A stretch of 64,000 nt of DNA from Octopus sinensis (taxonomy: Eukaryota): positions 63,054,001-63,118,000 of the forward strand of contig NC_043004.1 in assembly GCF_006345805.1 (NCBI RefSeq). The letters run 5' to 3'. The position numbers and the translations under genes were made by a program. The notes beneath the pieces are model-generated. The model saw only the letters and a program-made list of their open reading frames with translations. It ran no database searches and had not been told where the DNA came from. Each line of letters begins with the position of its first letter. Position 1 is the stretch's first letter. This document shows positions 55,482 to 64,000 of this stretch, one piece after another.

Positions 55482-57226
55482 GCTGTTAGACACACGTATA
55501 TGCATGTATCTTTGTGTATATATATATATTGGTGTGCCTCTGCATTGCGCTTATAACACCCGTATGTAAGTATACGTCTCTGTTTTCGTATATCTTCCAC
55601 CATCACATTTCACGTTTTTTTCCATGTCTTTCATCTAGCTGTTCACGAAGAGAGGACCGAAAGCATAAGGAAATGATTTAACACTAACTAATTGGTTCAA
55701 TTAATTAGGCAGTACCCTGATTATCCTCAGCATCCCTGCAGTTCAATGACTGAAAGTAGTAAACATAAATGATCAATATCTATTTCATTGTATGTACATT
55801 TTATGTACATTTATGTATACAAAATTCACGCGTATATATATTTATGGAATTAAACTGGATATGTATATATGCATATGCACATCTATCTATCTATCTATCA
55901 ATATATCTACATATCTATCTATCTCTCAATCTATATGTATGTGTGTGTGATTGTGAGTGAGAGAGAGAGAGAGAAGAGAAAGAGAGAGAGGGGAGGATTG
56001 GCCTAGTGGCTAGAATCTTGAATCCCGGGGTTACAAGACCGGTGTTTCCATTCCCAGGTTGGATGTTGCACTATATTCTGATGCTAAATATTTAATTTGA
56101 CGGTGCTCCAGCCAGACGCGTGGTGCACCGCACACCTGTATAGACAGCAACGATTTGATGGAAGGAGTAACGTAATGTACAGCACACAGCAGTGCTCCAC
56201 AGGCAACTCATTTGTGCAACTCGTTCGGCAAACACTAAACACTGATACGTTTTCTTCGACGGCAGAGTCCTTTGCACACACACACATACACACACACACT
56301 TACACACACACTCACACACACACACATACACACACACACACAAACACATATATATATATATATATATACGCTTATGTATGTATGTATGTATGTATAAACG
56401 CATGCACAGCATATATATACATATATATATAAAACAATACTGGGAGGATAAGAAACGGAACGAAGCGACGAATCGAAACGAACCCGACGCGAAGCGCTGT
56501 CAGACAATAGTGTAATAAATAAAATATATGCATACATACAAACATATATGTATGTAGCTACATCTACATGTATATATACATGCATATATAAATATATATA
56601 CGTGAGTACAGGACACCACAACTAGACGTAGAACTCAACGAGAAACGAAAACGGAAAAGCCAATTTTTTACAACAGAAAAACAGAGTACAGGACATGCTA
56701 CACAAGGAAAAACCCCCAATCATCAGCTGTCACTAGTAGACTCAAGCGTGTTTCGAAGGCAAGACAGGACACGACTCGTCAAAACTAGGCCTTCCTGCGA
56801 AAGAATTAAAATAAAATTACCTCGCAGAGGTGTAAAACAAGCACGAAAAATGTAACACAAACAGGACGTAACAATAAAACTGCACAATAAAATACAAGAT
56901 AAAAATACATGTACAAGAAAATACAAAACGAGAAATAAAAAGAAAATACAATACGAGAAATCAAGATAAACAAGAAAACAAACGAGAAAAACAAACGAAA
57001 TACATACATATATACATATAATTTTCACATACGTATATATGGTTGCGTGTATAATGTACATATATTTTCAAACATATTTTGTTACTCTCCATTTAACATC
57101 GATATTAATGATATTCTTTTTAAGAAATTGATTCATTTTTGTACACATTCCTCTTGTCATTGAAAAGTTCATTGTGGAAAAATGAAATTGTGGTAGTGAA
57201 AGAAACTGACATTTAATACTTCTTAC

Positions 57227-57331
57227 CTCTATGTTGTCGATTCCCATCTGACGAGTTTCTGTGTACAGCCACTTTATTTCCGATAACATTTTCCTCATAG
57301 CTTTCATAAGATATCTCGTAATACTATATGA
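57227..57331 (-). CDS. M13 gene 2 exon (SYSITRYLMKAMRKMLSEIKWLYTETRQMGIDNIE)
   Basis: Acceptor atctcgttcttcag, donor gtaaga, 105 nt, phase 0 to 0. Twenty residues precede the Trp, as in [33 protein letters not shown], and W...ET+ is kept. Confidence 0.65.
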
Positions 57332-57619
57332 CTGAAGAACGAGATAATTTCAAAGTGTATACGACTATGGTACTTTAAGATGAAACTTTTATTATGAATA
57401 TACTCAGGACTGATTAAAATCAAGTTAAAATCAAGTTAACTCGCTATTGAATTGACACATGTTTCCTGCATGTTGTAACTCTTTGTTTGATGCATTTTCC
57501 TCAAATGACATATTTCAGTTACTCTATACTACAAATCTGTTTTGTCCTCTAAAATTTACGTTTGCCGTATTTGTAGAGCTATAGTGATATCTAAAACTTC
57601 CAGCAGGGAGATTAGGTTA

Positions 57620-57788
57620 AAAATTCATGCCTGTGTGGTACAAAGATTGCTACCGAATCACATCATTCTGAGTTCATTCCCCCACCGCTTGCACTTTGAG
57701 CAGGTGACAACTACGGTGAACTTGGTCCGAATAAAGCCTTGTGTGTGGATTAGGTGAACGGAAACTGAAATAAGCATGCCGTAGCCGC

Positions 57789-57800
<12 letters not shown>
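57620..57800 (+). mobile_element. SINE family 2, 5' part
   Basis: cctgtgtggta...ccttgtgtgtggatt...acggaaactgaaa. Confidence 0.6.
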
Positions 57801-57837
<37 letters not shown>

Positions 57838-58053
57838 AATTGAGATAGGGGTTGTAAATGCAAGTCTCCATGGGATAACATATATCCAATATACTGCTAG
57901 TGAAGTACCCAACAAAGTTAATACATAAATGTTAAGGATTGCGATGCAATCAATTCATTTACTGAATTATATGGGCAAAGGTAAAATGATTTACCACAAA
58001 TTACTAATACAAGATAAGAAAATGGAGAAATACATCTAAATCAAATATCAATT

Positions 58054-58089
<36 letters not shown>

Positions 58090-58111
58090 CATACATACAT
58101 ACATACATACA

Positions 58112-58146
<35 letters not shown>

Positions 58147-59099
58147 GTATGTATGTATTTATGTATAGGCGAATGAATGACAAATGTTACACAAGATATT
58201 CGCCGGAACAAAATGTAGAATTAAGTATATAAAGTATTCATTCAAATTTCTATCGTTGCTGTTGACGTTTACGTGATAAAATCTTTTTTACTTTACTCAA
58301 TAGGTTTACTAGAGGAACCAACAACTGAATCCACAGTCGAACCAGTTAAAATTGTCCAAAAGCTATACAGTTCTTGTAATAGGCAAATGTTTGTCTTTCG
58401 CATTTTTCCAAAATGATTTACTAAACGTGATATATACAAGATGATTAAACTGCTTATACAGTATAAGAAATATCAAATATTATTTGGACTAAAACAAATG
58501 AAAATAAATTATTAAACAATAATTGACTACCGAAATCATTGACATCAGCTGCATCATACATTGTTTAAAATAGTGCTACATCTCAGCCTGTGCGTGAGCA
58601 AGTAGGTTTTTGTAATTGTCCTCTTTTTTTGACTCTAGAAATTAAGTCTAATAGTTGCTACATTGCATGACAGAATCTGCATAGTTAAAAACTGCCTGTC
58701 CTGACGGTAAGCGAAAAATATCAACTATCATGATTTATTTATTGCACATGTGAGACTTTACTACTGCTCCGTTTTATCACATTACATCGATTTCCTAATA
58801 TGTATCATTCCTATACTAGCAACGGCCTATCAATGTATTGCTGCATCCCTCCAGTTAGCTAGAAAATGTTTATAAACCCAGGTAAGATTTGAAACATCTC
58901 TCAGTACATAAAACCTAGCGGAACATTGGATGTTGATGCAATTGATGTAGTGTAACATAAGACAAAACGGTCGCAATCGGTAGATCATTCAGGTTTAGGT
59001 TTGTATCACACGCCGACATTTCCGTATTCTCTCATAAGGGACAATAGCAGGATGGATTTTAAATCTCTGAGCGAGTATTAAGTAGTAACCGTACTACAG

Positions 59100-59760
59100 A
59101 TTATAATACATTTGCCAACTTAAATTGTCAATCCTGATTAAGACGATGTTACTACCATTTTAACCCCAGGTAACTAGCTGGTAATGATGTTTTCGTTCTT
59201 TGTCAGTAGCGACATTTAGAAATTTAAACATGTACACGATACAAATCTCGTTTGAAGTAGCATCCTTTGAATGTAATGGACTTGATGTTGAGCTAAATCC
59301 CCTTCCTGAAGGCCACAAGAAAGACTTCCAAATTGAAGGTTTCCAAGACACTTGTCGCCACCTTCTGCATCATTCATACGAGTGTCCCCCTTCTTCTCCT
59401 TCATCTTATGAAACAACCAAATATCACAGAGAGTAAGGTTTCTACTGTATGGATAGTAAAAGACAGTTTTGATGGACATCTACGTCAAGCAGTTGATTAC
59501 TAAAATGTTCGTCACCAAGCGCTCTAAGAAGACATTTAACGAATGTTCATGTATTCGTGAAGGATTGTGTACAGTGACCACACTAAATCATAACTGTAAG
59601 CTTACTGCCTTTATAAACACTCATCAGACTTTAACCATAATTTTGAGAGAATTTTCAACAAGCTCTGATGTTAGAACTCAAACTCTCGTCGCCGTTTCTC
59701 ACCTCATCTTTACCGTCCTTGAACGTTTTGTGCTAGCGGAAATATCTGTAGCATTTCATT
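59100..59760 (-). mobile_element. mariner transposase relic
   Basis: YPYSRNLTLCDIWLFHKMK resembles the mariner YSPDLAPCDFWLFPKLK motif; disrupted. Confidence 0.65.
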
Positions 59761-60205
59761 AGTTTCTGTAACATTTTTGACAAACTTAACCCCAAAAATT
59801 TATTGCTTCGTAATCTTCATTCATCCCCACTGCAATCTACAAAATAGTCAGCTATGACAATCATGCATGCGTTCAAACTACTGTTAGAGCGATCTCCTTC
59901 ATTCTGGACTACCAAACGTTGGCAGGTCAGATTATGAGAGACATATTAATGATATACTAACATTCAAATGCTTTAAGGCAGTACTAATTCCTACTCCTAA
60001 AATTGTCTCAAAATCCTAGAATTTAACTCATATATATATGGGTCTCTGGCTGAGGACATAAATATACGTTTCTGCTTACAGGAATATGTATATTTTTTGA
60101 AAGCTCTCATAATATTTATGATAGCAAAATAGAATTAAATATATAGCTTGTTGCTCCACTTGTTCAACCATTCACTACTGTCAGTTGATTTCATCAGATA
60201 CATAC

Positions 60206-60259
60206 CTTTGTCCAAGTCCGACGTTTGGTTAATTGTTGCAGGTTTTGTTTCGGGTTCAT
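60206..60259 (-). CDS. Candidate 54-nt exon of uncertain affiliation
   Basis: Strong acceptor tttcacttctacag and donor aag|gtatgt. Open as MNPKQNLQQLTKRRTWTK (phase 0) or EPETKPATINQTSDLDK (phase 1). Only weak similarity to M13 LQ.L....W. Confidence 0.35.
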
Positions 60260-61199
60260 CTGTAGAAGTGAAACGAAATAGACACATGTTAATATATATA
60301 TATATATATATTTGTGTGTGTGTGTGTGTGTGTGTATGTGTGTGTGCATATGTATGTATGTGTGTATGTGTGTGTGTGTGTGTGTATGTATATTATATAT
60401 ATATATATATATATTTGGATGTTGTGCAAAACCAAAAAAATACAAGGGTCTTCCGAAGCATCTCATTTTAAAAAATATCACTGACGATACACTCACTATG
60501 AAAATATATAATCCCAAGTTACTACGTAGTAAACAATTTGTGGGGATAACATTGCGGGACAAATTTTGTAAGATCTTAAGTATACCCACATATGTACATA
60601 GATCCATACACACACACACACACATATATATATATGTATATATATTATATATGTATGTATGCATGTATGTATGTATGTATGTATGATTGTATGTATGTAT
60701 GTATGTATGTATGTATGTATGTATGTATGTATGATTGTATGTATGTATGTATGGTCGTATACATGTGTGTCTGTATGTATAAGTGTTTGCGTGTTTGTAT
60801 GGACAGTTTTATGTATACTGATAAACATGTATATTATTTAGTGTACACTAAATCATGTCTACACTAGTGTAATATGTTATAAATTATATGGTACTATTAC
60901 AAACTAATACCAGTATAGAAGGCTAGTTTTTCAGATACACAGAATATAAGATTTACAACAATTTCTGAACAGATACATTTATAATAATTTTTTATACACT
61001 AAAATAAATTACTTTTCCATAATGCTGGCTGTGAAACGTTTGAAATCACATTGATATCATCTACTGATATAAATATATTCTTCTCATAGAACATGATTTA
61101 CTTGATATATTATATATAGAGAGAGATATCATATGTGTGGGTTTTCTGACAAACTTCCATTTAGTCATTCAATACGACACAGCTTCAACTTGAAAAAAA

Positions 61200-63240
61200 A
61201 TCAAAATATCCTCAGGCGAGAGGATGAAAGTGGCAGGGACAAGTAAAGGATATTACAGACAGTTTCTTGCTGGATTTCTACACAATCGGTAACCAGTGGG
61301 TTATGGCCGTTCCAGTACAGAACCTGTGAGTAATTGTGCTGTCCTTGTCCTCCAGTAGTCGCGAAGCAGCTCTATTTAGACATAGCACTGTTTTCCCCAA
61401 CAGGGGAAGAGGCAAGTAAAGGAACCCCAAACATTGCTTACACACCTTGTAGCTGTTTTGTTATTCAGCAACACAGTTGACACACGAAGAAATGTAAGAA
61501 TATTAACCTTGATTCTTGGAATGTGTGCACTCTCCAAGCCAATCACAAAGCACCAAAACAAAAAACAGCACGAGTTGCCGTTGAACTAAAAAAATTCAAT
61601 ATTTATATAACTGCATTTAGTGAAACATGTCTTGCAGGATCGTCACAGTTAGAAGAAATTAAAGATAGATACAAATTTTTCTGCTGTGGAAGAAATGAAG
61701 ACGATCCACGCCAATCTGGTGTTGGTTTGCCATAAAAACAGAAATAACTAGATCCATCCTTTCTGTAACAAAATGTATTTCTGACCGCATCTTGACACTA
61801 ACGTGGGAACTTGATCAGAACCCTCGTGTTTGTCAGTTGTTATGCCCCAAGCATGGCTAGCACTCAATAGGAAAAGGATGTATTTTTACAACTAACTCCG
61901 TGATGTCACTCAAGTTGTCATCGTAGGGATAAACGTATCCTTATAGGTGACTTTAACGCTCCTGTTGGAATGAGAGGTTGTGCTTGATCGCCATGGTGTA
62001 AGTCGAACGAACTTAAGCGGTCTGCGTGTGATCTTCATCTGCAGGATATTCAGTCTAAACACCACAAATACCTTTTTTCAACAGCGAAATCGTTGCAAGA
62101 CGACCCGGACGCATTCTATATTTCAGGATTGGCATCTCATAGACTGTCATCACTAAGAAACGTGATAATAGGGACTTTACCATTAGACGTTCCTTCCGTA
62201 ACACCTGCTATCTCTCTGGCCATTATCTTCTCCATAGTAAGGCTACGTCCCTTCTGAAACACACAAGGTTACAAAAGTCATCAGTGCCTAAGTGCATTAA
62301 TGTTCTGCCTTTGAAATCTGCTGAAAATCAGACAGTAATCTCTATCAAGTTGAACGCTTCAATCAAAGCTGTTGATATTCATGATGACATAGAATCACCT
62401 TGGTTGGCTCTCACAAAACATAGATAAATGATAAGAGCTCATGCAGAAAAGAGAATGCCTACAAAAAATGCAGAGGCCAGGTCCAGCATCCTCTGAGACA
62501 GATGAAGGAGGTTTGGTGCTCTTTCAATACTACTAAACTCGAAGAAGCTGCAGATAGAAAGGATTATAAAGCCTTTTGTGATGGCCTCAAGAGCATGGTG
62601 TAACTCCTACATTTTATCGAATAGAGAGACATTGCTGACTGATAAATCTGACATCCTGAAACGATGAAATGATCACTTTGAAGCTGTGTAAACTCCACCT
62701 CAGTCACTAATGAAGACGTAAAAATGCCGGTTCCACAGCACACTGAGATACCAGAACTGTCTCTGGAGCCAGTCTTCCTGAAAGTAGTAAACTCTATTAA
62801 ACATATCTTTTCTGGTAAACACATGGCAGGGATGCTATCGCTCCTGAGATCTACAAACATGGTGGATAGTTTTTAAGAAACTGCATGACCTCTTCATAAA
62901 CATTTGGATAGTAGGCCGTATACCAGAGGGCTTCATAGATGCATCAGTTTAACATTTTTATAAGAACAAAGGAGACAGCAATGTCTGCGATAATCAACAA
63001 GGAATATCGCTTCTGTCTGTTGTTGGTAAGAACGTGCGTGACGCATTCTTGGCAGGATCATCAAACACGTTTTAAAGGGTAACTATCCAGAATCATAGTG
63101 CGGAACTTGTTCAGGCCGTGGCAATATCAACATGATCTTTAATCCCTCCGACAGGGCGTATAAGACCTATCTAACCTCTTCGATGCTGTCAACCTGCAAG
63201 TACTATGGTAAGTTCTGAAAAAAGCTTAGTATAACTAACA
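61200..63240 (+). mobile_element. Degraded RTE LINE (APE and start of RT)
   Basis: SWNVCTL...VELKKFNIYITAFSET...RQSGVG, SCYAP, IGDFNA, GISLLSVVGK. Confidence 0.8.
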
Positions 63241-63264
63241 AGAGGGAACACCGGCCCTCGCATG

Positions 63265-63376
63265 TGAGCTGCTAGATGCAGAAGGAAATATTGAGAGAAA
63301 GTGGTGGTGTAAAAGTCAGCAGAATTTCGCTGTTTCCTTCTGGCGCAGCCACGTGAAGCTTAGGTGTTTCGCTCAT

Positions 63377-63415
<39 letters not shown>

Positions 63416-63485
63416 GAGCGCTCTGAGATTCGAACCCGCGATCCCTAGATCACGAGTCCGCAGCTCTTTTCTCTTGACCATGTAC
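63265..63485 (-). mobile_element. SINE family 1-like head with (CA)n expansion
   Basis: GGGTTCGAATC B-box, and aaacacctaagcttcacgtgg core shared with 23033-23420. Confidence 0.65.
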
Positions 63486-64000
63486 CTCCTCCCCCTACCA
63501 GTATTTACTCAATTTTCTAGGCTGTTTTCGTTGCTATCTTTCGTTTAAAATATTTACTTTATTTTCTGTAACATACCAACACATTCGGTGTTACTAATTG
63601 TTTTGGGGGTTTTTTTTTACAAAAAAGCAGATTCCACCCTCTCCAACGTCATCTGAAGGATACTTTTAAATGTCCGAAAGGAGCTGGAGAATTCAGGATT
63701 CGTCTACGAGGCGACAGTAGAGAAGTAGGATTTCTGCAAAGACGAGATGAACGCTCCAAACAACAACAATGACAATCATTGTCTTCGTTAACAGTGAAGG
63801 TGACATCATACCACCCCACTTCTTCCCTCAAGCTGAATACAGACGGTTAGATCCGTATTCTGAGCAAGTTGGTGAAGCCCAGGATAGACTGGGTAGCTAA
63901 AGTGAGGCCGCATGTATGGCTGCAAGACACTGTGCCCTGCTACACCATATCGAAGACCGAGGCCTAGCTATCGGAGAAATTTCTTCGATCACAAAGTATC

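Noticed and set aside
58297-58449. Possible gene 2 exon equivalent to WRRC...GESK (…TNICLLQ…VDSVVGSSSKPI)
   Set aside because: C-to-SK spacing is suggestive, but the donor phase is incompatible with the next exon and similarity is too weak to support by eye.
63640-64000. GC-richer, coding-looking segment at the window end
   Set aside because: No recognisable motif in any frame; probably a transposon fragment cut by the window edge.

Overview
AT-rich, microsatellite-dense animal genomic DNA. The SINE, LINE and Penelope content resembles octopus/coleoid cephalopod DNA (inference from recalled repeat families, not a database hit). Almost every ORF in the supplied track is a microsatellite or transposon artefact; the host genes are multi-exon and were found by reading splice sites. 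(1) Plus strand: nine 3' coding exons of an M13 (neprilysin/ECE/PHEX-like) homologue, join(5282..5373,7720..7778,13382..13433,16165..16232,19719..19837,23893..23940,28464..28562,29477..29553,45537..45633). All introns are GT-AG with compatible phases, giving 236 aa open to the stop: LNFTDDFVTNIFSLNKFHSDLLTLRMLNDEKKIVSQTDDLPAYIKRIRSIHVPLASLQLPLFTKDEHMVRNFAGLGFLIGCEIFRDFEIAGNNFSMDLWLSEQSYRRYQKLKNDFINNFTQRQNQSQTTSVNDIIADEFGFNVASKAFLLWNSENIIVDENLPALKMKHLKTFYSVFARIFCSSEESNPQNYADNKRIFAPNTERVHKILQNSEWFAKAFQCPKGASMNPQPKVEL*. HExxH reads CEIFR, GENIAD reads NDIIAD and the catalytic His of H-S-P is Phe, so this is a candidate M13 pseudo-peptidase. (2) Minus strand, tail-to-tail with it: exons of a second M13 paralogue (57227-57331, 54314-54386, 53085-53161, 51752-51857) with the six exons of the catalytic core missing. 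The rest is transposon-derived: several R4/Dong-like RLE LINEs in (TAA)n tracts, RTE and CR1/Jockey-group LINE relics, a Helitron helicase relic, a mariner relic and tRNA-derived SINEs. There are also many Penelope-like ends, including a GIY-YIG element with 631-bp inverted arms, at least six other fold-back structures, and two distinct type I hammerhead ribozymes with canonical cores. Human neprilysin residue numbers and vertebrate exon sizes are quoted from memory.
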